DNA of 64,000 nucleotides from positions 64,001 to 128,000 of the forward strand of contig CBDCVK010000008.1 in the NCBI GenBank assembly GCA_965223005.1. The letters are read 5' to 3'. The position numbers and the translations under genes were made by a program. Below are positions 10,096 to 18,947 of the stretch, one piece after another (position 1 is the stretch's first letter; the number at the start of each line of letters is the position of its first letter). The stretch comes from Terriglobia bacterium. GTDB taxonomy: Bacteria; Acidobacteriota; Terriglobia; JAJPHL01; JAPKYU01. A model generated the notes under the pieces. It did no database searches. It saw only the letters and a program-made list of their open reading frames with translations, and had not been told where the DNA came from.

Positions 10096-10967
10096 TAGGT
10101 GTAGTGGGCTGTGGGCTGATGGGCTCAGGCATCGCTGAGGTCTGCGCCGCAGCCGGCTTCCCCACCACCGTCGTCGAAGTCTCGCAGGAATTGTGCGAGC
10201 GGGGTTTGCGCGCCATCGAGAAGCATCTGGCCCGCCAGGTGGAGAAGGGCTCGCTGGCGCCGGAACAACGCGACGCCATCCGCAGCCGGCTGCACGGCTC
10301 CACCGAGCTGGCTGCCCTTGCCGACTGCGACCTGGTCATTGAGGCCGTCACCGAAAACCTGCAGGCGAAGATGGAGACCTTCCGGCAGTTAGACAGCATC
10401 GTGAAGCGCCAGGCCATTTTTGCCAGCAACACCAGCTCGCTTTCGATCACTGAGCTAATGACGGTCACCTCACGGCCCGAGCGCTTCCTCGGCCTGCACT
10501 TCTTCAACCCTGTTCCAGTGATGAAGCCGGTGGAAGTGGCTCGCACCATTGCCACCGACCCGGCCGTGCTGGAAACGGTGGTGACTTTCGCCGAGCGCCT
10601 GGGGAAGACGGTGGTGCGCGTTCCCGACCGAGCCGGCTTCATCGTCAACCGGCTGCTGACCCCGTACCTGATGGAGGCTGTCCGCGCCTGCGAAGAAGGC
10701 TTGGCGACCGTCACCGACATTGACACCGCGATGAAGCTCGGCTGCGGCCACCCCATGGGTCCGCTGACCCTGCTGGATTTTGTCGGCCTCGATACCGCCT
10801 ACTCCATCTCACAGATCTTGTACGAGGAGTTCCACGAAAAGCGCTTTGCCGCCCCCGGCTTGCTCCGGCGCATGGTGCTGGCCGGCTGGCTGGGGCGCAA
10901 ATCGGGGCGCGGCTTCTACGACTACTCTGACCCGGCCACCCCGCGCCCCCTGGACTTGCTGCGCTGA
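10080..10967 (+). CDS. hbd: 3-hydroxybutyryl-CoA dehydrogenase
   Basis: VGVVGCGLMGSGIA, ASNTSSLSIT, GLHFFNPVP, GFIVNRLL, HPMGPL. Confidence 0.92.
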   Translation: MEVHKVGVVGCGLMGSGIAEVCAAAGFPTTVVEVSQELCERGLRAIEKHLARQVEKGSLAPEQRDAIRSRLHGSTELAALADCDLVIEAVTENLQAKMETFRQLDSIVKRQAIFASNTSSLSITELMTVTSRPERFLGLHFFNPVPVMKPVEVARTIATDPAVLETVVTFAERLGKTVVRVPDRAGFIVNRLLTPYLMEAVRACEEGLATVTDIDTAMKLGCGHPMGPLTLLDFVGLDTAYSISQILYEEFHEKRFAAPGLLRRMVLAGWLGRKSGRGFYDYSDPATPRPLDLLR

Positions 10968-11136
10968 ACGCCGCCGGAGAAATCGACGTACGACCGCTTC
11001 TTGGCGCCTTCGCCTCAGCACTTCCAATCATGCCGAGCCGAGACCGCCAGGGAGCCCTGTTTTCACATTCCCTGATTCCCAACCCCACTGCCAAGCGGAA
11101 ACCCGGCGTAGGATATGCAAGGAGGAGCAAGCAGCC

Positions 11137-11919
11137 ATGGCTTTCGAGAATCTGCTGGTGGAAACACGCCAGGGCATCGGCTACGTCACACTCAACCGGC
11201 CCCGCGTGCTGAATGCGCTCAACCGGGCCACGCTGCGCGAGTTGGGGGTGTGCTTTGAGCAACTGGCGCAGGATGAGCAGGTCGGCGCGGTCATTCTGAC
11301 CGGAGCAGGCCAGAAGGCGTTCGCCGCCGGCGCCGACATCAACGAGCTGGCCACCCAAAGCCCAGCCGAAGGCAAGGAGTTCGCGCTGGCCGGGCAGGCC
11401 GTGATGAACCGCATCGAGCACCTGGGTAAGCCGGTCATCGCTGCCGTCAATGGCCACGCGCTGGGCGGGGGCTGCGAGCTAGCCATGGCCTCGACGCTCC
11501 GCATTGCCTCCGAGACCGCGCGCCTGGGCCAGCCCGAGGTGAAGTTGGGCATCATTCCGGGCTACGGCGGAACTCAGCGGCTGGCGCGCCTCATCGGCGC
11601 GGGGCGCGCGCTCGAACTGGTGTTAACCGGAGAGCCAATCACCGCCCGGGAGGCGCTGCGCATCGGCTTGGTCAACGAGGTGGTGCCGCCTGCCGAACTG
11701 CTGCCGCGCTGCGAAGCCGTCGCCAGCCAGATCCTGGCCAACGGGCCGGTGGCCGTCCGCCTGGCGATGGAGGCTGTCCACCGCGGCCTGGGTATGAACT
11801 TGGCCGACGGACTCTTCCTGGAGGCCACACTGTTCGGACTCAGCTGCGCAACCGAAGACATGAAGGAGGGCACGCGCGCTTTTCTGGAAAAGCGCGCTCC
11901 GCGCTTCACCGGCCGATAG
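11137..11919 (+). CDS. crt: Enoyl-CoA hydratase (crotonase)
   Basis: AFAAGADI, GHALGGGCELA, GQPEVKLGIIPGYGGTQRL. Start MAFENLL at 11137 after AAGGAGG. Confidence 0.9.
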   Translation: MAFENLLVETRQGIGYVTLNRPRVLNALNRATLRELGVCFEQLAQDEQVGAVILTGAGQKAFAAGADINELATQSPAEGKEFALAGQAVMNRIEHLGKPVIAAVNGHALGGGCELAMASTLRIASETARLGQPEVKLGIIPGYGGTQRLARLIGAGRALELVLTGEPITAREALRIGLVNEVVPPAELLPRCEAVASQILANGPVAVRLAMEAVHRGLGMNLADGLFLEATLFGLSCATEDMKEGTRAFLEKRAPRFTGR

Positions 11920-11948
11920 TACTCGTGCCGCAGGCACGCGTCCGGCCG

Positions 11949-11982
11949 GCTGGCCGGCAGGCATTCTTGCCTGCCGGCCAGC
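11949..11982. repeat. Perfect 15-bp inverted repeat (REP-like hairpin)
   Basis: GCTGGCCGGCAGGCA-TTCT-TGCCTGCCGGCCAGC between crt and ribH; no U-tract. Confidence 0.75.
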
Positions 11983-11997
11983 AATGACTGCTAAGCT

Positions 11998-12483
11998 ATG
12001 GCCCAGGTCATGAAAAACTACGTTGGCGAACTGGACGGACGCGGCCTTCGGTTTGGGGTTGTGGTGAGCCGCTTCAACGCCTTCATCGGCGATCGGCTGC
12101 TGGCCGGCGCCCTGGATGCGTTGGAGCGCACCGGCGCCGACCCTGCGGTCATCGAGGTAGCCCGCGTCCCAGGCTCGTTTGAAATCCCGGTAACGGCTCG
12201 CCAGATGGCGGCCAGCAGCCACTATGACGCAGTCATCTGCCTGGGCTGCATCCTCCGTGGCGAAACGCCGCATTTCGAATACATCAGCAGCGAAGTGTCC
12301 CGCGGTATCGCGGCAGCCGCGTTGGCCACCGGCATCCCCATCATCTTCGGCGTGCTCACCTGCGACACCCTGGAGCAGGCGATTCACCGCGCTGGCGCCA
12401 AGTCCGGCAACAAAGGGTTCGAAACCGGGCTGGCGGCCGTCGAGACAGCCAATCTGCTAAAGCGCCTCCGGCAAACACCATGA
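11998..12483 (+). CDS. ribH: 6,7-dimethyl-8-ribityllumazine synthase
   Basis: VVSRFN, VPGSFEIP, ILRGETPHFEY, RAGAKSGNKG. Confidence 0.96.
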   Translation: MAQVMKNYVGELDGRGLRFGVVVSRFNAFIGDRLLAGALDALERTGADPAVIEVARVPGSFEIPVTARQMAASSHYDAVICLGCILRGETPHFEYISSEVSRGIAAAALATGIPIIFGVLTCDTLEQAIHRAGAKSGNKGFETGLAAVETANLLKRLRQTP

Positions 12484-12902
12484 GCATCCCTCGCAAGGCG
12501 CGGGAGGCGGTGCTCCGCATGCTGTTCCAGTGGGAACTCGGCAAGGAGGCTCCCGAGCGGGTCAAGCAGTCGTACTGGCAGCGCTCCAGAGCCGACTCGC
12601 CCGTGCGTGCTATCGCCAACGGCCTGTTCGACCAGGTGCTGGAACGGCGCGAAGCCATTGATCACATGCTCGACGCGCACGCCGAACACTGGCGCCTGGA
12701 ACGGATGTCGGCCGTGGACCGCAATATCTTGCGGCTGGCCGTGTGCGAATTCCTCACCCGCTCCGACGTCGCGCCGGCGGTCGCCATCAATGAGGCGCTG
12801 GAGATCGCACGCCGCTATTCCACCGACGAGTCGGTAGGGTTCATCAACGGCGTCCTCGACGCCATCCGGCGCGAGCTGAGCGGCGCGGCGCGCTCCTCTT
12901 AA
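12480..12902 (+). CDS. nusB: Transcription antitermination factor NusB
   Basis: RKARE, WRLERMSAVDRNILRLA, AINEALEIA, FINGVLD; ATGA overlap with ribH. Confidence 0.95.
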   Translation: MSIPRKAREAVLRMLFQWELGKEAPERVKQSYWQRSRADSPVRAIANGLFDQVLERREAIDHMLDAHAEHWRLERMSAVDRNILRLAVCEFLTRSDVAPAVAINEALEIARRYSTDESVGFINGVLDAIRRELSGAARSS

Positions 12903-13067
12903 CCAAATCTTCGCACCGGGTGTTTCGGAAGCCAGGGCGATTTCCAAGCGCACACCCGAAATCTCAATTAGCCGGGCTAGAGGTGGTCTTGCGTTGTTTC
13001 GAGAGAAACGACTGCTTAAAAACCCGCACCTCCCCCTTATGCTTAGGGCAGTCGAAAGGAGTGCGCC

Positions 13068-13766
13068 ATGATCCACGTGCGACCGGCGAATGAGCGTGGC
13101 CACACGAAACTGAGCTGGCTCGACAGCCGCCACACCTTTTCCTTTGACCAATATTACAACCCCAACTACATGGGGTTTCGGCACCTGCGCGTACTCAACG
13201 AAGACTGGGTCGCCCCCGGCCAAGGTTTCTCCACTCACCCACATCGCGATATGGAAATCCTGACCTACGTGCTGGCAGGCGCGCTGGAGCACCGCGACAG
13301 CATGGGGAACGGCTCGGCGATTCGTCCGGGCGAGCTGCAACTCATGAGCGCCGGCACCGGCATTACCCACAGCGAGTTCAACCACTCAGAACGCGAGCCG
13401 GTCCACTTGCTGCAAATCTGGATCCTGCCACGCGAGCGAGGCCTCACTCCCAGCTACGAGCAGCGAGCCACGCTCGCCGAAGAGAAGCGCGACCAACTAC
13501 GCTTGGTGGCCGCCGCCTACCCCTTGGAAGGCGCAGTGCGGATACATCAGGATGTAGAGCTGTACATTGCGCAAATGGAACCGGAGAAGCAGGCGACGCA
13601 TCCGCTGAAGCCGGGCCGTCACGCGTGGCTGCAGGTGGCGGGGGGCGCGGCCACGCTCAACGGTTCACGGCTCGACGCAGGCGACGGCGCGGCGGTGAGC
13701 GAGGAGCTCGTCTTGGAAATCAAGGCCACTGATCGCTCCGAAATTCTGTTGTTCGACCTAGCCTGA
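13068..13766 (+). CDS. Pirin family protein
   Basis: WLDSRHTFSF, THPHRDMEILTYV, MSAGTGITHSEFN, LQIWI. Confidence 0.93.
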   Translation: MIHVRPANERGHTKLSWLDSRHTFSFDQYYNPNYMGFRHLRVLNEDWVAPGQGFSTHPHRDMEILTYVLAGALEHRDSMGNGSAIRPGELQLMSAGTGITHSEFNHSEREPVHLLQIWILPRERGLTPSYEQRATLAEEKRDQLRLVAAAYPLEGAVRIHQDVELYIAQMEPEKQATHPLKPGRHAWLQVAGGAATLNGSRLDAGDGAAVSEELVLEIKATDRSEILLFDLA

Positions 13767-13905
13767 CGCCACCTGCGAGAGCGGAGCAATGGCCGTCCTC
13801 TGGCGCCCTGAAGAAGTGCTAGACAGGTTGCTTTCCGGGATGCAAAATCCAAAGATGCTAGATACATCCCGAATGAGTCCTATTCGCAGTTGCAGGACTT
13901 GACGC

Positions 13906-16900
13906 TTGAGGAGGATGTCGATGACCCTGAAAGCCCTGAGCACCTCTCTGATCATCGCACTTATGCTGGCCGTGACGGCGCGAGCAGAGGTGAGCTTCAA
14001 TCGCGACGTCCGCCCAATCATGTCGGATACCTGCTTCCGTTGTCACGGTCCTGACGAGAATGCCCGAATGGCGGGTCTGCGGCTTGACATCCGGAAAGAA
14101 GCTCTGGGGCCTACCAAGTCCGGCCACATTCCTATTGTTCCCGGCAAGCCGGAAGCGAGCGAGATTGTCAAACGCATCTTTTCGGATGACCCCAGGGTCA
14201 TGATGCCACCGGCTTTCGCCGACAAGGAACTGACCGAGAGCCAGAAGGAAACCCTTCGGCAGTGGGTAGCCGAGGGCGCCAAATACGAGGGGCATTGGAG
14301 CTTCCAGCCCGTCCAGCGGCCGGCAGTGCCGGCGGTTGCGGGAAGAGGAGCCGCCATTCGCAATCCGATCGATGCGTTCATTCAGAATCGTCTGGCGAAG
14401 GAGGGATTGCAGCCGTCTCCCGAGGCGGATCGGCGGACGCTGATTCGGCGGGTCGCGCTAGACCTCACAGGTCTGCCGCCCACGCCTGCAGAGGTGGAAG
14501 CGTTCCTCAAAAACACTTCGCCCGGTGCCTACGAAAAGCTGGTTGAGGGACTGCTGGCTTCTCCGCGCTTTGCAGAAAAGCAGGCGATGCACTGGCTCGA
14601 CGCGGTACGCTATGCGGACACGCGCGGGTTCCATGGAGACAACGACCAGCCGGCGTGGCCCTATCGGGACTACGTGTTGCGGGCGTTTCTCGACAACAAG
14701 CCGTTCGACGAATTCACGCGGGAGCAGATTGCCGGGGATCTCTTGCCGGATGCCACCGTGCAGCAGCGAGTTGCCTCGGCATATAACCGCATCCTTCGCA
14801 CCTCACGGGAGGGCGGCCTCCAGGAAAAGGAGTACCTGGCCAAGTATGCCTCCGACCGCGTGCGGACAACGTCCAGCGTCTGGCTCGGTCTGACAATGGG
14901 CTGCGCGGAGTGCCACGACCACAAATTCGATCCGGTGAAGACGAAGGACTTCTATTCGATGAAGGCCTTCTTCGCCGACATCAAAGAGAAAGGCCTTCTA
15001 CCCGGTTCTGGCCCGGAAGCCTGGATTGCAACCCTGTCGTTGCCAACCCCAAAGCAGCGCACGCGATTAGCGGAACTGAATGAAGCGGTCGAGGCGGCCG
15101 AGCAAGCGCTCGAGGAGAAGACGGCGAGCCTAGCATCACAGCAGGCAGGATGGGAACGGCAACTGTTAGCTGACTTTGAAGCAGGCCGGCTAGAGTGGCT
15201 CTATCAGCGACCCTTCTCGGCTAGCTCCAGCAATGGCGCGCACCTCACCATCTACGAAGACGAGCTCGTCGAACGCACCTTCCATGTCGACGCGAAGGCG
15301 ACACTGGTAACACAACGAGAGCCCGGAAATGGTCTGGTCGTGGTCAGCGGACCGAATCCGGACAACGAGACTTACACGATCAGCTTGAAGCCAGAGCCCG
15401 GAACATGGACGGCCCTCGGGGTGCAGGCAATCCAGGATGAAAGTCTGCCTGGCAAGCGGCTGGGGCGAGGCGCGGATCGCTTAATGCTGACCGAGGTCGA
15501 GGCTGTGTTGTCGGCCAATGGGAAGACGCCAGAGCAGAACCTCTCGTTCGTTCTGGCGACCACCCGCGGATCTAGAGGACCCCTGGAGCAGCCGCCAATG
15601 GCCGCCATTGACGGCGACCCGGCCAGCGGTTGGGCTGGCGATCGGGGAAGTCCAGTCGACGAGGGTCGGAGCCCGTTTCTCGCGCTCCGTTTCGCTGAGC
15701 CTGTCAAGACGGACGCAACCTCGGTGATCACGGTCCGTCTCCGGCACGATTCCTCGCTTCGCCGTGCGACGATCGGCCGGCTGCGCTTTGCGCTCTCCTC
15801 CGGCCGGTACTCCTGGCCGCTGGATGATTCAGATACCGCAGCCGCAGACGATGACCTGGAAGTTGGCGAGCAGCGCTCCAGTAAAGGTGGCGCGGGTGAT
15901 GGTATGCCCAGCGAGGTGCTGGAGGCCCTCAAAGTCGCCCGGGAAGCCAGGTGCGAAAACCATCTCGAGGCCCTCAAGGAGCATTTCCAATGGTCTTCTA
16001 CCGGGCTGCAGCCGCTTTTTGTCCAGTTGGAACGTTTGAAAGCTGCCCGGGCTTTGCTGGAAACTGAGATTCCCACGGTGATGGTTACCGAAGCGACCAA
16101 ACCACGGAAAACCCGCGTTCTCCCACGGGCGAACTGGATGGATGAGTCGGGCGAGATTGTACAACCCGCGATTCCCGGGTTCCTCGGTCAAATGGAAACC
16201 AACGGCCGAGCGAATCGTCTGGATCTGGCAAACTGGATTGGCTCCCGTAAGAACCCACTGACTGCACGGGCGTTCCAAAATCGCCTATGGCGACAGTTCT
16301 TCGGCACGGGGCTGTCCAAGGTGCTCGACGATCTGGGCTCGCAGGGCGAGTGGCCAACACACCTCGAGCTGCTCGACTGGCTTGCCGCCGAGTTCATGGA
16401 GCCGAGCTGGAGGGCAGAGGGCACACACCCCTGGGATGTGAAACACATTATCCGGACGATTGTTACGAGCCACACCTATCGTCAGTCCTCCATGAGCAGC
16501 CCGCAATTCGACGAGCGCGACCCAGGCAACAGGTTCCTGGCGCGCCAGAGCCGGTTCCGCGTAGATGCGGAAGTCGTCCGCGACGTCGCGCTGGCTGTTT
16601 CCGGTTTGTTGGTCGAAAAGTTCGGCGGCCCGAGCGTCCGGCCGTATCAACCGGAAGGCTACCTGGCGGCGATGAATTTTCCCATGCGCGCATACTCGGA
16701 AAGCCGAGGCGAAAACATGTACCGTCGAGGCGTCTATACTCATTGGCAGCGGACGTTCTTGCATCCCAGCTTGTTGACCTTTGATGCGCCTTCGCGTGAG
16801 GAGTGCACGGTGAACCGGATGAGTTCCAACACGCCGTTGCAGGCACTGATCCTCCTGAATGATCCGGTCTTCGTCGAAGCCGCGCGGGTGTTTGCGCAGA

Positions 16901-17178
16901 ACACCCTGAAGAAAGGAGGTCCCACGCTCGATGCGCGCATCGACTGGGCTTTCCTGCAGGCCCTCAGCCGGAAGCCGACCCCTGACGAGCGAAAAATCCT
17001 CGCCGACCTGCACCAGAAGAGCCTTGCGGAGTTTGCTGCGCAGCCGCAGAAGGCGCGAGAATTTGTTCGTGTGGGGGAATCGCCGCTGGCGACGGATGTA
17101 AGACCAACCGACCTGGCGGCGATGACAACCGTGGCGCGGGCGATCCTGAACCTCCATGAGACCATTACGAGGAACTAG
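13906..17178 (+). CDS. Planctomycete-type cytochrome c / DUF1549 / DUF1553 protein
   Basis: Signal peptide; FNRDVRPIMSDTCFRCHG, WLDAVRYADT, CAECHDHKFDP, NPLTAR, NTPLQAL. Start may be 13915 or 13921. Confidence 0.9.
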   Translation: MRRMSMTLKALSTSLIIALMLAVTARAEVSFNRDVRPIMSDTCFRCHGPDENARMAGLRLDIRKEALGPTKSGHIPIVPGKPEASEIVKRIFSDDPRVMMPPAFADKELTESQKETLRQWVAEGAKYEGHWSFQPVQRPAVPAVAGRGAAIRNPIDAFIQNRLAKEGLQPSPEADRRTLIRRVALDLTGLPPTPAEVEAFLKNTSPGAYEKLVEGLLASPRFAEKQAMHWLDAVRYADTRGFHGDNDQPAWPYRDYVLRAFLDNKPFDEFTREQIAGDLLPDATVQQRVASAYNRILRTSREGGLQEKEYLAKYASDRVRTTSSVWLGLTMGCAECHDHKFDPVKTKDFYSMKAFFADIKEKGLLPGSGPEAWIATLSLPTPKQRTRLAELNEAVEAAEQALEEKTASLASQQAGWERQLLADFEAGRLEWLYQRPFSASSSNGAHLTIYEDELVERTFHVDAKATLVTQREPGNGLVVVSGPNPDNETYTISLKPEPGTWTALGVQAIQDESLPGKRLGRGADRLMLTEVEAVLSANGKTPEQNLSFVLATTRGSRGPLEQPPMAAIDGDPASGWAGDRGSPVDEGRSPFLALRFAEPVKTDATSVITVRLRHDSSLRRATIGRLRFALSSGRYSWPLDDSDTAAADDDLEVGEQRSSKGGAGDGMPSEVLEALKVAREARCENHLEALKEHFQWSSTGLQPLFVQLERLKAARALLETEIPTVMVTEATKPRKTRVLPRANWMDESGEIVQPAIPGFLGQMETNGRANRLDLANWIGSRKNPLTARAFQNRLWRQFFGTGLSKVLDDLGSQGEWPTHLELLDWLAAEFMEPSWRAEGTHPWDVKHIIRTIVTSHTYRQSSMSSPQFDERDPGNRFLARQSRFRVDAEVVRDVALAVSGLLVEKFGGPSVRPYQPEGYLAAMNFPMRAYSESRGENMYRRGVYTHWQRTFLHPSLLTFDAPSREECTVNRMSSNTPLQALILLNDPVFVEAARVFAQNTLKKGGPTLDARIDWAFLQALSRKPTPDERKILADLHQKSLAEFAAQPQKAREFVRVGESPLATDVRPTDLAAMTTVARAILNLHETITRN

Positions 17179-17188
17179 GGAGACTCCG

Positions 17189-18625
17189 ATGGACCCAGAA
17201 TCATTGGCGTTGCAGATTCACCGGCGGACGTTCCTGCGCTACGGCATTTCAGGACTGGGCCTGGTGGCGTTGAATTCATTACTCGATGCGAGGCTGTTGG
17301 CTTCGGAAACGGCCCTGGGAACCCAGGGGTCGCAAGGAGTTGTGGACCCGCTACATCATCCGGCGAAAGCCAAGCGCGTTATCTTTCTTTATCAGGCGGG
17401 CGGACCATCGCACCTCGAGACCTTCGATTACAAGCCAAAGCTCGCCGAAATGAACAGCAAACCAATGCCCGAGTCCTTCACCAAGGGTCAACAGCTGGCC
17501 CAGCTGCAAGGCCAGCCGCTGGTTTGCTTTGGACCGCAGCACGAGTTCAACAGGTTCGGCAAATCGGGACTCGAGATCTGCGGGTTGTTTCCACACATCG
17601 GCAGCGTCGCAGATGATGTTTGCATTATTCGCTCGATGTGGACGGAACAGATTAACCACGATCCGGCCCATACCTTGATGAACACTGGAGCGATCGTCGC
17701 GGGCCGGCCGAGCATGGGATCATGGTTGTTGTATGGGCTCGGGTCGGAAGCCAACGATTTGCCGGGTTTCGTGGTACTGGCCTCAAAGGGTAAGGGTGGG
17801 CAGATGCAGCCGATTGCGGCACGGCAATGGGCCTCCGGATTCCTGCCCGGCAAATTCCAGGGTGTAAAGTTCAACTCCATCGGGGACCCCGTACTATACA
17901 TCCAGAACCCGCAGGGCTTGAATGCCAGCATCCAGCACGCTTCGGTGCAGGCGATTCAGGCCATCAACAAGATCCAACACGAAGCGCGGCGGGATCCGGA
18001 GGTTCTTACGCGGATTTCGCAGTATGAGATGGCATTCAAGATGCAGACTAGCGTGCCCGACCTCATGGACATGAGCAAGGAGCCACCCCATATCCTGGAC
18101 ATGTATGGCGCCAAGCCAGGGGATGGCTCTTTTGCGTCCAATTGCATGCTGGCGCGGCGCCTGGCGGAGCGCGGCGTGAGGTTTATCCAGCTCTATCACC
18201 GGGACTGGGACCACCATGGCGCGGTTAAAGACAACGTTGCCATCAAGGCGCAGGAAACGGACCAGGCTACTGCCGCGCTGATCAAGGATTTGAAGCAGCG
18301 AGGCATGTTTGAGGATACGTTGGTCGTTTGGGGAGGCGAGTTTGGTCGGACACCCATGTCCCAGGGTGACAACGGACGCGACCATCACATCAAGGGCTTC
18401 TCGTTCATGCTGGCGGGTGGTGGGATTAAGGGCGGCATCACGTACGGAGCCACGGACGAGCTGGGCTATGCGGCGGTGGAAAAACCCGTGAGCGTCCACG
18501 ACTTCCACGCCACCATGCTGCACCTACTGGGGATCGATCACCTGCGCATGACGGTCAAGTTCCAGGGCTTGGACGCACGGCTGACGGGGGTTTCTGGTGA
18601 GGTCCTGAAGGAAATTCTGGCTTAG
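17189..18625 (+). CDS. DUF1501 domain protein (Tat-like N-terminus)
   Basis: HRRTFL, GGPSHLETFDYKP, ARRLAERGVRFIQL, WGGEFGRTP, GRDHH; follows the DUF1553 gene as is typical. Confidence 0.9.
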   Translation: MDPESLALQIHRRTFLRYGISGLGLVALNSLLDARLLASETALGTQGSQGVVDPLHHPAKAKRVIFLYQAGGPSHLETFDYKPKLAEMNSKPMPESFTKGQQLAQLQGQPLVCFGPQHEFNRFGKSGLEICGLFPHIGSVADDVCIIRSMWTEQINHDPAHTLMNTGAIVAGRPSMGSWLLYGLGSEANDLPGFVVLASKGKGGQMQPIAARQWASGFLPGKFQGVKFNSIGDPVLYIQNPQGLNASIQHASVQAIQAINKIQHEARRDPEVLTRISQYEMAFKMQTSVPDLMDMSKEPPHILDMYGAKPGDGSFASNCMLARRLAERGVRFIQLYHRDWDHHGAVKDNVAIKAQETDQATAALIKDLKQRGMFEDTLVVWGGEFGRTPMSQGDNGRDHHIKGFSFMLAGGGIKGGITYGATDELGYAAVEKPVSVHDFHATMLHLLGIDHLRMTVKFQGLDARLTGVSGEVLKEILA

Positions 18626-18699
18626 TCGGGCCAGCCATATACCTCAATCTCAAAGGGCAGAGCCAATACTGCTTTGCAATTCCATTGGACAGAAGGTCC

Positions 18700-18729
18700 T
18701 TGACAGCGGTAGAAGCCCTAAGGGAAAAT
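18700..18729 (+). promoter_or_regulatory. Putative sigma70 promoter for the Cys-leader/sulfite reductase transcript
   Basis: TTGACA (18700-18705), 18 bp, GAAAAT (18724-18729). The leader ATG at 18736 lies 7 nt after the -10 end. Confidence 0.5.
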
Positions 18730-18735
18730 CACTTC

Positions 18736-18834
18736 ATGGTGCAGTTCGGCCGGAGAGAGTTAAGGCTTTGTTGCCCGACGCCGGGATGTTGTTGCCCGTG
18801 CGGGCGGCTCTCCGGCGGACGGTTCGTGTCGTAG
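18736..18834 (+). CDS. Cys-rich leader (attenuator) peptide MVQFGRRELRLCCPTPGCCCPCGRLSGGRFVS
   Basis: Manual translation: 32 codons with 6 Cys within 11 residues, upstream of a terminator and the sulfite reductase gene. Confidence 0.75.
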   Translation: MVQFGRRELRLCCPTPGCCCPCGRLSGGRFVS

Positions 18835-18861
18835 CTTGTAGCCTAAGTTATCATCCAGACT

Positions 18862-18901
18862 GACCCGCCGTCGAGAGATCGGGCCTCTCGGGCGGGTTTT
18901 T
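18862..18901 (+). terminator. Intrinsic terminator (attenuator) hairpin
   Basis: GACCCGCC-gt-CGAGAG-loop-CTCTCG-GGCGGGTT followed by TTT; ends 46 nt before the reductase ATG. Confidence 0.75.
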
Positions 18902-18947
18902 CGTTCCGCGCGATCGAGCTGAGCGGAAGCAGACGGGGTACGGAATC

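Noticed and set aside
10780-11136. N-terminal extension of enoyl-CoA hydratase in the ORF track
   Set aside because: Overlaps hbd, and a strong RBS precedes ATG 11137.
18845-18905. SAM-I riboswitch before the sulfite reductase (TTATCATCCAGA resembles its 5' end)
   Set aside because: The remaining SAM-I core (GAGGGA..GGCCC, GCAACC, GGTGC) was not found; the Cys leader plus terminator explains the region better. An Rfam scan would settle it.
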